The position numbers and the translations under genes are program-made. Positions 29,215 to 38,472 of a stretch of DNA of 64,000 nucleotides are shown here, in pieces. Position 1 is the stretch's first letter. Each line of letters opens with the position of its first letter. Location: contig CAWHBU010000004.1 in assembly GCA_963827685.1 (NCBI GenBank), forward strand, positions 256,001-320,000. Reading direction: 5' to 3'. The notes under the pieces were generated by a model that worked only from the letters and a program-made list of their open reading frames with translations, searched no databases and was not told the origin of the DNA. Source of the stretch: an uncultured delta proteobacterium. GTDB lineage: Bacteria; Desulfobacterota; BSN033; UBA1163.

Positions 29215-29443
29215 CGTTTTTCTAAAATAAGGGAAGTGAAGAGTACCGGAATGACTTTTAAAAAAGATAGGTGAAGGTTCCAGCGACTAATGTTCATTTT
29301 GATGTAAATCTCGAAGTACTGCGGTCAGCAAGGTTTTGGACGACGAGGATAGACAAATCTAATAATTCAAGACCTGATCCCAAGGATTATCCCGAAGCTT
29401 GCAGTCCATGAAGGGTTAAGGATCACATTGCTCACATTTGTTA

Positions 29444-30157
29444 TTATAGCAGGGCATCATTAATCATGTTCACCAGCACATCATCTGCCATCATGGTAGA
29501 GAAGCTGGGGTTAGCGCCCGATGCATGTTGGATTGGTAACACATTGACATTCAGATTACCGATGATGAGACGTGGAAGCACACGCTTCTCGACAATGCAT
29601 TTCAAATGCTCAGTGAGCGATTTGGGATAATTCATTTCCAGATAGTAATCATAGAAAGCATCCCGGCTTGTTTTGCCCATAAGTAATAGCAATCGGGGTC
29701 TGATAATCTTAATCTCATCAACGAGAAAGCGACCTTGCTGACAGTTCCGAATCTCGAAAGGGGTGGGAGTACGATCCCCGCTTTTGTTCTGATCTTTGCC
29801 AGGGTAGCACTGTGCAATTTCAGTATTGTAGACGGAGAAGAAACCATATCTTCGGGCTGGGACACGCGAACCTCCTTCTAAAATGAGATTGCGAGGAGGA
29901 AAAACTGTTCTCTGGAATCGATTCAAGAAACCCTCCAGACGATTGCCTGTGGTACCAAGTCTGCCATCTGGTGTGAAGAAATTCACCCCCGTCTTCCGGA
30001 GCTGGTTTGCCGCGAGGGCTTGCGAAATGACGAACACATCCGCATCAATGTCCACCGCGTCAATTCGTCGTAGAGCCTTCTGCTTGTCCATCTGTGGGCA
30101 GATATGACAAGAATGGATATTGAAGTAAAGCTGCCTGAGTGCTTTATCTTTTGTCAT
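29444..30157 (-). CDS. uracil-DNA glycosylase superfamily protein (Fe-S type, divergent)
   Basis: CHIC, VISQA, TEIAQCYP...DRTPT..EI.NC, EIKIIRPRLLLLMG, QHAS. Confidence 0.75.
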   Translation of the reverse strand: MTKDKALRQLYFNIHSCHICPQMDKQKALRRIDAVDIDADVFVISQALAANQLRKTGVNFFTPDGRLGTTGNRLEGFLNRFQRTVFPPRNLILEGGSRVPARRYGFFSVYNTEIAQCYPGKDQNKSGDRTPTPFEIRNCQQGRFLVDEIKIIRPRLLLLMGKTSRDAFYDYYLEMNYPKSLTEHLKCIVEKRVLPRLIIGNLNVNVLPIQHASGANPSFSTMMADDVLVNMINDALL

Positions 30158-30579
30158 ATCGTATGTCCTAGCCCTCTGGCAATATCGCGAGCAACACGTG
30201 ACTTGTTGGGCAGTCCCATGGGTTTTGAGTTGGTGTAGTCGTATCCCTCGTCAAATTGGTCTGCTGTGAGGTCGATGACTTCACCGTTTTTGTGCTTGAA
30301 GAACCAGTGAGATCCCGACTCATCCTTCTTCCGATGGACCTTGAACCCATCTGGCATCAATTCCATTCGATAGACAGCTTCTGTCACACGGTGACAATAA
30401 CCTGTAGTGGGAACGCCTTTTAGATTCACTTTCCTTTTCCATTGTTCAACAATATCGGGATCATTCAGGTGAACAGGCGGGCCGATTTCCAAGAGTACTT
30501 TGCGTAAAGATTCTCTGCTGATACCAACCCTTTGAAACATCGTGTCAATCTCTTCGTTGGTGAATTTGATCTTGAGCAT
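30154..30579 (-). CDS. YunG-like / papain-fold Cys-His-Asp protein
   Basis: GYCHRVTE...SHWF...VIDLTADQF; ATGA overlap with the UDG-like gene. Confidence 0.6.
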   Translation of the reverse strand: MLKIKFTNEEIDTMFQRVGISRESLRKVLLEIGPPVHLNDPDIVEQWKRKVNLKGVPTTGYCHRVTEAVYRMELMPDGFKVHRKKDESGSHWFFKHKNGEVIDLTADQFDEGYDYTNSKPMGLPNKSRVARDIARGLGHTI

Positions 30580-30663
30580 AAGAAATCCTCCGGGGGTGAC
30601 ATTACGGAGAGAGTTTTGAGAAAGACTCCAGTCCTAATAATGTCCCTGCAAGTTGCAAGTTTC

Positions 30664-30700
30664 GCATAACTCGTTCACATCCGAACTTATCCGCATTGGT
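30664..30700 (-). other. possible attI-like site heading the minus-strand array
   Basis: Minus strand gcggataagttcggatgtgaacgaGTTATGC upstream of the first gene; no intI present. Confidence 0.35.
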
Positions 30701-31169
30701 TCGTTTATCCCCTGAAAAATGGACGCAGAAGCGAGGTTTGGATATACTCCCCAAGTGGTGGTATAGACGAACTGGCACGGATTTAGCACCTAAGGATTAC
30801 TGGTTGGAGTATACACCTTTTTCTAAAATTACGGAACAAAAAGTTACAAGGAAGAAGGCGAAGAATCCTACCTCCCCTTCCCTATATACACCTCTGAATG
30901 CCTCTCATGCCACTCCCAATTCTTTATCCACCTACGCAGAACACGACGGGTTTTACCCGTGGACGCCGTCGGCCATAGCCTATGGCGTCGGACGATGAAT
31001 GCGTAAGTTGTCGTTGAAACATTCATGGGCCAAAGCATTAATGCTTCGGTGGATTCCGCCGCTGGTGGATAACCCTGCGAAGCCTTGGCACTTGCGCGTA
31101 GAAGCGCTACGGCGCCCAGGTGCGTAGGAGGGTATGTCAAAGAGGTACCACGGGCTTTGCCCGTAGGGC

Positions 31170-31235
31170 TCCATGTATCGTTCGGCCAATTTTTTATCCC
31201 TTATCACGAGGAGATTTTCAGCATTGTTCTCTGAA
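31170..31235 (-). pseudogene. C-terminal fragment of a phospholipase D/Nuc-like gene
   Basis: Reads ENNAENLLVIRDKKLAERYME. Confidence 0.5.
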
Positions 31236-31356
31236 TTTCTGTCTTAAGAATAGGGCAATAGGTCGAATTCTTATTTGACACAGTTTGCTCAATGGGTTAA
31301 TAATTTCAAGGATATTTGGCATTGGTCTAATAAAAACGCATTAAATAAATTGACAT

Positions 31357-31406
31357 CACCCTCTCCCTAACCCTCCCCCCTTGAGGGGGAGGGGAGGGTG
31401 GGGGGA
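31357..31406. repeat. REP-like palindrome (ccctcccccttgagggggaggg)
   Basis: Related element at 35951-36025. Confidence 0.65.
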
Positions 31407-31421
31407 TAGGAGGTTTAACAT

Positions 31422-32228
31422 ATGTTCGATCTTTCCAGGTTTTCGTTAAAGGGTAAAACGGCGATTGTAACCGGTGGCAGCCGTGGTATCGGCAAGGGTG
31501 TGGCACTGGGCTTGGCCAAGGCCGGCGCAAAGGTGGCGGTGACCAGCCGCAAGATGAACGACTTGGAGGCTACGGCTGCAGAGATTAAGGGATTCGGAGG
31601 TGAAGCGTTTCCCCTGCAGTCGCATCTGGGCAAGATGGAAGAGATCAACCGGATGGTCAGCGCCGTCGTGGACAAATTCGGCAGGATCGATATCCTGGTC
31701 AATAATGCCGGCGCCAGTCCCGCGATGGGCAGTGTGCTGGAATCCGACGAGCGCCTCTGGGAAACCATCATGAACCTGAACCTGAGAGGACTTTATTTTA
31801 CCAGCCAGGCCGTCGCCAAGGTGATGAAGAAGCAGGGCAATGGAAAGATTGTCAATATCGCTTCGATCGATGGCTTCAAGCCGGAACCCGGAGTGAGCGT
31901 CTACAGTATCTCTAAAGCCGGCGTCCGAATGATCACGAAGGCCTTCGCTATGGAATTGGCCCCGTTCAATATTCAGGTGAACGCGATCTGTCCCGGGCCG
32001 ATCAGCACGAAGATGCTCGATTCACACTGGTTCCACCTACCGCCGGAAGAGGCCAAGAGGCAGAAGGAAGCAATGGCCAAAATGACCCCCATGGGACGCA
32101 TAGGCGAGCCCGATGAAATAGCGGGTGCGGCGGTTTATTTAGCTTCCGATGCTTCCAGTTATACTACCGGGGCTGAGATCGTGATTGATGGCGGAACCCT
32201 GCTGGCTTTTGTCCCACCGGGAGAATAG
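31422..32228 (+). CDS. SDR family oxidoreductase
   Basis: TGGSRGIG, NNAG, YSISK. Confidence 0.92.
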   Translation: MFDLSRFSLKGKTAIVTGGSRGIGKGVALGLAKAGAKVAVTSRKMNDLEATAAEIKGFGGEAFPLQSHLGKMEEINRMVSAVVDKFGRIDILVNNAGASPAMGSVLESDERLWETIMNLNLRGLYFTSQAVAKVMKKQGNGKIVNIASIDGFKPEPGVSVYSISKAGVRMITKAFAMELAPFNIQVNAICPGPISTKMLDSHWFHLPPEEAKRQKEAMAKMTPMGRIGEPDEIAGAAVYLASDASSYTTGAEIVIDGGTLLAFVPPGE

Positions 32229-32362
32229 GAAGGGGAGCGGAGATGACATCGAGGCCCGAAAGCGGATGGTGAAACATCTGGTCGGGACTAAGGACTAATT
32301 TCTCTATTGAGAATAATTAGCTTGCAAAGAGAAAAAAATCCCAAATTAGAGGAGAGCGAGCA

Positions 32363-34174
32363 ATGAGTGATGAAACCCTTCTGGCCTATTTCCAGAGACA
32401 TGTTAAGGAACATCCCAATCGAGTCGCATTGCGACATAAAGATTATGGGATCTGGCACGATGTCACCTGGGGTCAATATGAAGAAAAAGTGAGGCAGGTC
32501 GCCATGGGACTCATCAGCCTCGGTCTCAAAAAAGGGGAGTGCGTTTCCATCATTAGTGAGAATCGACCGGAATGGGTCTATTCTGATTTTGGGATTATGT
32601 TCGCCGGTGGAACCACGGCAGGGGTTTATACGACCAATGCGGCAGAACAGTGTGGATATATCGTCCAGAACTCTGGATCGAGATTCTATATTGCAGAAAA
32701 TGAGGAGCAATTCGATAAGACCCTGAAATTCAGAAAGGACAATCCGCATTTGGAGAAGGTCATCGTCATCGAAATGGAAGGATTGAAACGCTATAAGGAT
32801 CCAATGTTGATGAGCTTCGATGACCTGTTGAAGCTGGGAAAAGAGTTCGATGAAAAAAATCCCGGACTTTTTGAGAAACGGGTGAAGGAGGTCGGACCTG
32901 AAGACCTGGCTGTTCTCATCTACACTTCCGGCACGACAGGTCCTCCCAAAGGGGCGATGCTCACTCATCAGAATCTTCTCTATATGAGTGAGGCGATGGT
33001 TGATGCCAATCCCGTTAAAGATGGTGACGAGACCCTTTCTTATCTTCCTCTTTGTCACATCTTTGAGCAACTCTACACCGTGATGATCAACATCCGTTAC
33101 GGGACGGTCGTCAATTTTATTGAAAGTCCTGATACGGTTATGGATAACATGAAGGAGGTTTCACCAACGGTCACCTGTGGTGTCCCTCGGATCTGGGAAA
33201 AATATGCTTCAGGGATTATGATTCGGATGTCGGATGCCACCTGGTTTAAGCGTATGGTTTTCAAGGCCTGTATGGGAATTGGAATGAAATATGCCGGGTT
33301 GAAACTGAATTTTAAGCCTATTCCTCCATACTTAAAGTTGGCTTACATAGCGGCTTATGTGGCTGTTTTCCGGAAGCTCAAGGAACGATTGGGTTTTGAT
33401 CGTGTAAGAGTTGCCTACTCCGGAGCAGCGCCTATTTCACCGGATGTCCTGAAGTTCTTTAATGCCGTTGGCCTCCCACTGATTGAGGGGTATGGCCAGA
33501 CTGAGGGTACAGGCGTCACAACCGTCAGTCGCAAAGGTCACCTTAAGATCGGTAGGGTCGGACAGCCCCTGCCAGGGGTGGAGGTCAAGATCGCTCCCGA
33601 TGGAGAGATACTTGTCAAGGGCCCAGGCATTTTCAAGGGTTATTTTAAAAACCCTGAGGCCACCGCGGAGACGCTCAAAGATGGTTGGCTTCATTCAGGG
33701 GACGTGGGAGAGTTGGATGGGGATGGATTTTTAAAGATCACCGACCGGAAGAAAGATTTAATCATCACTGCGGGTGGGAAAAATATTGCTCCTCAGAATA
33801 TTGAGAACCAACTCAAGTTCAGCCCTTATATCAATGATGCGATCGTGATTGGCGATCGGCGGAAATTTCTCGCTGCCCTCATTGCCATCGACGAAGAAAA
33901 CGTGATCAAATATGCTCAGGACAACAAGATCCAATTCGGCACTTATGGCAGCCTCACGCAGGCCCCGGAGATCAAACAACTGATTCAGAAAGAAGTGGAT
34001 AGGGTGAATAAGACACTTGCCCAGGTGGAGCAAGTTAAGAAATTTACCATTATCCCCAAGAAACTTTATGAGGAAGATGGTGAAGTGACGCCCACGATGA
34101 AAGTGAAACGAAAGTTCATCAATGAAACCTATAAGGATATCATCGAGAAGATGTACCGCTCAGGAGGAGGATAG
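32363..34174 (+). CDS. long-chain fatty acid--CoA ligase (AMP-binding)
   Basis: YTSGTTGPPKG, EGYGQTE, SGD, ITDRKKD, TPTMKVKR. Confidence 0.92.
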   Translation: MSDETLLAYFQRHVKEHPNRVALRHKDYGIWHDVTWGQYEEKVRQVAMGLISLGLKKGECVSIISENRPEWVYSDFGIMFAGGTTAGVYTTNAAEQCGYIVQNSGSRFYIAENEEQFDKTLKFRKDNPHLEKVIVIEMEGLKRYKDPMLMSFDDLLKLGKEFDEKNPGLFEKRVKEVGPEDLAVLIYTSGTTGPPKGAMLTHQNLLYMSEAMVDANPVKDGDETLSYLPLCHIFEQLYTVMINIRYGTVVNFIESPDTVMDNMKEVSPTVTCGVPRIWEKYASGIMIRMSDATWFKRMVFKACMGIGMKYAGLKLNFKPIPPYLKLAYIAAYVAVFRKLKERLGFDRVRVAYSGAAPISPDVLKFFNAVGLPLIEGYGQTEGTGVTTVSRKGHLKIGRVGQPLPGVEVKIAPDGEILVKGPGIFKGYFKNPEATAETLKDGWLHSGDVGELDGDGFLKITDRKKDLIITAGGKNIAPQNIENQLKFSPYINDAIVIGDRRKFLAALIAIDEENVIKYAQDNKIQFGTYGSLTQAPEIKQLIQKEVDRVNKTLAQVEQVKKFTIIPKKLYEEDGEVTPTMKVKRKFINETYKDIIEKMYRSGGG

Positions 34175-34325
34175 CATAGCGCAGAGCGCATAGAGCATAG
34201 CGAGGAGAAGCACCAGATCCCAAGCACCAAATAACAAACAAATTCCAATGTTCAAATTCCAAAATTCCAAAGAAAATAATTTTGGTCATTGAAAATTGGT
34301 GCTTAGAATTTATTTGGGATTTGGA
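34173..34325. repeat. 7-nt-periodic inverted repeat elements between convergent genes
   Basis: agcatag/cgcagag/cgcatag run; aagcacc/agatccc/aaattcc run with a complementary ggaactt/ggagttt/gggattt run. Confidence 0.75.
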
Positions 34326-34353
34326 ACTTGGAGTTTGGGATTTTGGTCTCAAG

Positions 34354-35121
34354 TTATCGCCATCGTTTCTTTTTCTTCCACCTCTGGTATCCTTTCATCG
34401 ATTCCTCTGATCGAATACCCAGGTAGAACTCCTTCACATCTTCATCTTCCAAAAGGATATTGGGGGTATTGGCCGCGACAATCCTTCCATTCTCGAGCAC
34501 AAATGCGTAATTCGAGATCTTCAAGGCCATCTTCGCATTTTGCTCAACGAGAAGGATGGTTGTCCCTTCCGCATTGATCGTTTTAATGATTCTGAAGATT
34601 TCTTGGACAAGGATTGGAGATAGCCCCAGCGAAGGTTCATCCATCATCAGAAGTTTGGGTCTGGTCATCAATGCTCTGCCAATGGCGAGCATCTGCTGTT
34701 CTCCTCCGCTTAATGTACCAGCCCACTGACCCTTCCTCTGGCAAAGGATAGGGAAATGGGTGATCACCCGATCGTAATCTTCCTTCACCCCTTTTTTATC
34801 CTTCCGGATATAAGCTCCCATCTTCAAGTTTTCATCGACACTCAATTCAGGAAAGACTTCCCTTCCCTCCGGCACATAAGAAATTGCCAGGTGAACGATT
34901 TCCTCTGCATCCTTTCCATCAATCCTCTTTCCGAGAAATTCGATGGTTCCTTTATCCGGTTGGTCCTCAAGAAGTCCCATAATGGTCTTCAGGATCGTCG
35001 TCTTCCCAGCACCATTGGCTCCCAGAATGGCGGCGATCTGTCCTTCCTTAACTTCTAAGGAGACTCCCCTGATCGCCATGATCAGTCCATAGAGGGTTTC
35101 GATGTTTTTGACCTTAAGCAA
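34354..35121 (-). CDS. livF: branched-chain amino acid-type ABC transporter ATPase
   Basis: GANGAGKT, LSGGEQQMLAIGRAL, DEPSLGL; TTG start inferred. Confidence 0.9.
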   Translation of the reverse strand: MLKVKNIETLYGLIMAIRGVSLEVKEGQIAAILGANGAGKTTILKTIMGLLEDQPDKGTIEFLGKRIDGKDAEEIVHLAISYVPEGREVFPELSVDENLKMGAYIRKDKKGVKEDYDRVITHFPILCQRKGQWAGTLSGGEQQMLAIGRALMTRPKLLMMDEPSLGLSPILVQEIFRIIKTINAEGTTILLVEQNAKMALKISNYAFVLENGRIVAANTPNILLEDEDVKEFYLGIRSEESMKGYQRWKKKKRWR

Positions 35122-35896
35122 CCTTTTCCTCCTCACCCAGATAAGCCTTAAGAACTTCCGGATGCTTCTGAATCTCTTCTGGTAAGCCTTCTGCAATTCT
35201 CTCCCCGTAATTTAAGGTCAAGATTCGGTCGGATATATCCATGATCAAATTCATGTCATGCTCCACAAGAAGAACGGTGATGCCGAGGTCGTCACGAATA
35301 TCCTGAATTGAGAACATCAAGTCTCCTTTTTCCTCCATATTCATTCCGGCCGATGGTTCATCTAAAAGGATGACTTCTGGCTCCAGTGCTAAGGCGCGGC
35401 CGAGTTCTACAAGTTTTCGAGTCCCGTAGGGCAGATTTATAACAAACTGATTTCTTGCGGCCTGCAACTCAAGAAAGTCAATCACTTCTTCCACCTTCCC
35501 TCTATGTTCAATCTCCTCCCTGGCTGCCTTTGAACCCTTATAAATGAAAGTCGCACCTCTCCAGACCCCTGTCTTCATGTGAAGGTGACGGCCCAACATG
35601 AGATTATCCATGGTGCTCATGTGAGAAAAAAGTTCAATGTTTTGAAATGTCCTGGCAATCCCCTTTTTGGCAACCTGGTAAGGTTTTAAAAAGGTGATGT
35701 CTTCTCCTTTGAAGGAGATCTTTCCGGAATTGGGTTGATAAATTCCACTGATGCAATTGAAGATAGTGGTCTTTCCGGCTCCATTCGGTCCGATGATGGA
35801 ATAGATGGCCCCTTTCCCCACTTCAAAGCTGACATTGCTCAATGCTCTGATGCCGCCAAAAGAGATCGTCAGGTTTTCTATTTTCAGTATACTCAT
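35114..35896 (-). CDS. livG: branched-chain amino acid-type ABC transporter ATPase
   Basis: GPNGAGKT, ARTFQN, LPYG, VEHDM, AYLG. Confidence 0.9.
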   Translation of the reverse strand: MSILKIENLTISFGGIRALSNVSFEVGKGAIYSIIGPNGAGKTTIFNCISGIYQPNSGKISFKGEDITFLKPYQVAKKGIARTFQNIELFSHMSTMDNLMLGRHLHMKTGVWRGATFIYKGSKAAREEIEHRGKVEEVIDFLELQAARNQFVINLPYGTRKLVELGRALALEPEVILLDEPSAGMNMEEKGDLMFSIQDIRDDLGITVLLVEHDMNLIMDISDRILTLNYGERIAEGLPEEIQKHPEVLKAYLGEEEKVA

Positions 35897-35950
35897 CGCT
35901 TATGGGTCTTCCCGCTCTTTGATGTGATTCTTCTGCCCATGGATTCACAT

Positions 35951-36120
35951 AACCCCACCTATCCTCCCCTTACCTTAAGGGGAGGTACATCCCCCTCTTA
36001 GGTTAAGAGGGGGAGAGGGGGAGTTACTTCCATCCGCTGCACCCTTATGTGCACTGCAAAGCTATCCATTCTATCTATGAGACTGCTATATGTACGGGCG
36101 GCCCAAGTTGGCCGCCCCCA
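35951..36120. repeat. cluster of REP-like palindromes
   Basis: cctcccctta..taaggggagg, ccccctctta..taagaggggg, gggcggcc..ggccgccc. Confidence 0.65.
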
Positions 36121-36183
36121 AGAAATTCTTCTCCCTCTATCACCTGCCATAGTCAAGTAGGAAAGGGGATTTTTTGCGAAAGT

Positions 36184-37356
36184 CTACTTCGTGATCCTTA
36201 TCCAATCCGTGAGCTTCTCAATCGTCCCGTCTGGGCGGACCTTCCCGTAAAAGACGTGTTTAGCTCCTTGCCTCTCTGTAGCGCTATAGGTGATGGGCGC
36301 ACCGATCCCCTGCCAATTCTTCAAGCTTTCCTCGGCCTTAATCCAACTCTCTGTTGTTAAATTCCTTCCTGCCCTCCTTAGCCCTTCAACAAAGGGTTCA
36401 GCAAAGGCGATGCCTGCATAATAGAACGTGCCCCATCTTTCCTGAGGTTCCAGCTTCTTATGCCATTCGCGATATTTCACCATCAAAGGATGATTGGAAT
36501 CTGGTAATTCACTGAAGAAAGAATTGATCATCCCGGCCCACAAGCCCTTTGTGATTTGCATCATGAGAGCTGAATCAGAGAGGGTATTACTCGTTGCCCA
36601 TTGCGGCCTAAACCCGATTTTAGCCGTTTCGCCTAAAATCAATGCCGCATGGGTCGGCATGGCCCACATGACCACAGCTTCTGCTCCAGAATCCTTGAGC
36701 TTCAAGGCGTGGGTGCTCAGGTCGCGGTCCGTCATTTCGGCTGAAATCTTAGCGACCAGATCGATCTTTTTGTCTTTCAGATACCGCTCAACCCCCATCA
36801 ACCCTTGCTTTCCATAATCGTCGTTCTGATAGAACATGGCCAGTTTTTTTAAACCCAATTTTTCGTGAAGATACCCCGTCAGGTTATATGCTTCATCATC
36901 ATAAAGTGGATATATAGCAAATAGATATCTTTGGAAAGGCTGAATCCAATTGTACACTCCAGTAACTGGACTAGCCCAGGGGACCTTGTTCTCCATGAAG
37001 TAATCCCGCACAGTCATACCCGGTCCAACCCCAACGCCTCCCACGACAGCAAATACCCCAATATCCTCCACGAACTCCTTGCCAATGGCTTTGGTTTTTG
37101 CTGGCTGGTAAGCATCGTCGCGAAGAAAATATTTTAACTTCCTCCCGTGGATTCCCCCCTCTTCATTAATAATCTTGAAGAATAACCCTGTTCCTCTGGC
37201 AACAGCGCCCCAAGGGGCAGCTGGTCCGGTCTGTGGTCCCCACTGACCAACAAGAATTTCGGTATCCGTCACACCGCGTTCAGCTGAGACCGGCGTCGTC
37301 ATTAAAAAAGCCGCTACTATCAATAGACCCAGAAAAACCAAAGTTCTATTCAACAT
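36184..37356 (-). CDS. ABC transporter substrate-binding protein (LivK-like)
   Basis: Signal peptide, GPQTGPAA, GGIHGRK, DDAYQP. Confidence 0.9.
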   Translation of the reverse strand: MLNRTLVFLGLLIVAAFLMTTPVSAERGVTDTEILVGQWGPQTGPAAPWGAVARGTGLFFKIINEEGGIHGRKLKYFLRDDAYQPAKTKAIGKEFVEDIGVFAVVGGVGVGPGMTVRDYFMENKVPWASPVTGVYNWIQPFQRYLFAIYPLYDDEAYNLTGYLHEKLGLKKLAMFYQNDDYGKQGLMGVERYLKDKKIDLVAKISAEMTDRDLSTHALKLKDSGAEAVVMWAMPTHAALILGETAKIGFRPQWATSNTLSDSALMMQITKGLWAGMINSFFSELPDSNHPLMVKYREWHKKLEPQERWGTFYYAGIAFAEPFVEGLRRAGRNLTTESWIKAEESLKNWQGIGAPITYSATERQGAKHVFYGKVRPDGTIEKLTDWIRITK

Positions 37357-37407
37357 TTTTCCTCTTCCTCCTTTCTAATGTTAATGGTTCATTAGTGAGC
37401 AATGAAG

Positions 37408-37473
37408 GAGATTGCTTCGGCTTCGCCTCGCAATGACAGAAGGGGTGTCATTCCGAGCAAAGTGAGCAATCTC
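37408..37473. repeat. palindromic intergenic element (gagattgct...gcaatgac / gtcatt...agcaatctc)
   Basis: Inverted repeat upstream of the substrate-binding protein gene. Confidence 0.65.
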
Positions 37474-37524
37474 GCTTTTGAATCCGTAAATCAATGACTC
37501 AATCACCTCCTTTTCCACCAGGGG

Positions 37525-38397
37525 TTAAACTTTCTTTACATAATGTTTGGCCAAGAGTCCACTTGGCTTGATGCACAACATCAGCACAATGATGGCAAAA
37601 GCTACGACAGATTTGAATGCCAGCGAAACATACCCGCCGAAAAGATTTTCAATGATCCCCAACATCGCGCCCCCAACGGCTGTACCGGGCAAGCTGGTCA
37701 TCCCCCCTAAGACTCCAGACGCAAACCCCTTCAGAAGAGGATCCATCATCATCGGAGGATCCAGTACGCCAAGGGCGGCAATGAGCATGCCGGCCGCTGC
37801 GCCAACCATCGAACTGATTGCCCAGGTGAAGGAGAGGATCCACTTGGTACGGATGCCCATGACTCGAGCGGCCAGCTGATTCTGTTGAGTGGCTCTCATG
37901 GCAGTGCCCAGTTTGGTATAACGGAAAAAGAGGAAGAGGATAAACATCAGAACCAGTGAGATCAAAATGGTCCAGAAGTTGATCTTGCTGATGATTAGCC
38001 CATGGAAATTGTAAGCCTCTATATTGGAAACTGGAAAAGGAAGTGATTTCTGATCAGGTCCCCATTTCCATCCAACGAATCCCATGAGAATCATTTCAAA
38101 ACCGAGGGTAATGATAATGAGCCCTATTACCGTTGGGTCCTTGGCCTGTCTCAAAAAGACAAGTTCAAAGAACATGCCCAAAAGGATAGCAAACAAAAAT
38201 GTGAAAACGACTGCCCATTCGAAAGGTACATGATAAGTTTCAAGGAGAGAAAAGGTCACAAACGTACTGATCATGGCCATTTCCCCCTGGGCGAAGTTAA
38301 GCACCTCAGAGGATTTGTAGATAATGACCATGGCGAGAGCCAGTAGGGCATAACAGGCTCCAACTGCCAAACCACTCACAATCAACTGACCAAACAT
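37525..38397 (-). CDS. livH: branched-chain ABC transporter permease
   Basis: NFAQGE, G.AMRA, LGGM, PSGL. Confidence 0.9.
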   Translation of the reverse strand: MFGQLIVSGLAVGACYALLALAMVIIYKSSEVLNFAQGEMAMISTFVTFSLLETYHVPFEWAVVFTFLFAILLGMFFELVFLRQAKDPTVIGLIIITLGFEMILMGFVGWKWGPDQKSLPFPVSNIEAYNFHGLIISKINFWTILISLVLMFILFLFFRYTKLGTAMRATQQNQLAARVMGIRTKWILSFTWAISSMVGAAAGMLIAALGVLDPPMMMDPLLKGFASGVLGGMTSLPGTAVGGAMLGIIENLFGGYVSLAFKSVVAFAIIVLMLCIKPSGLLAKHYVKKV

Positions 38398-38408
38398 ATT
38401 TTTCTCCA

Positions 38409-38472
38409 AATGCGGATTTCGGATTGCGGATTTCGGAATTCAATCCGCATTCCACATTCCGAATTCCGAAAT
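38409..38472. repeat. 7-nt-periodic inverted repeat between livM and livH
   Basis: tgcggat ttcggat tgcggat ttcggaa / atccgca ttccaca ttccgaa ttccgaa. Confidence 0.8.

Noticed and set aside
30696-31207. ORFs 30696-30998, 30868-31140 and 30980-31207 as an integron integrase or other genes
   Set aside because: No tyrosine-recombinase motifs; they run through palindromic repeats.
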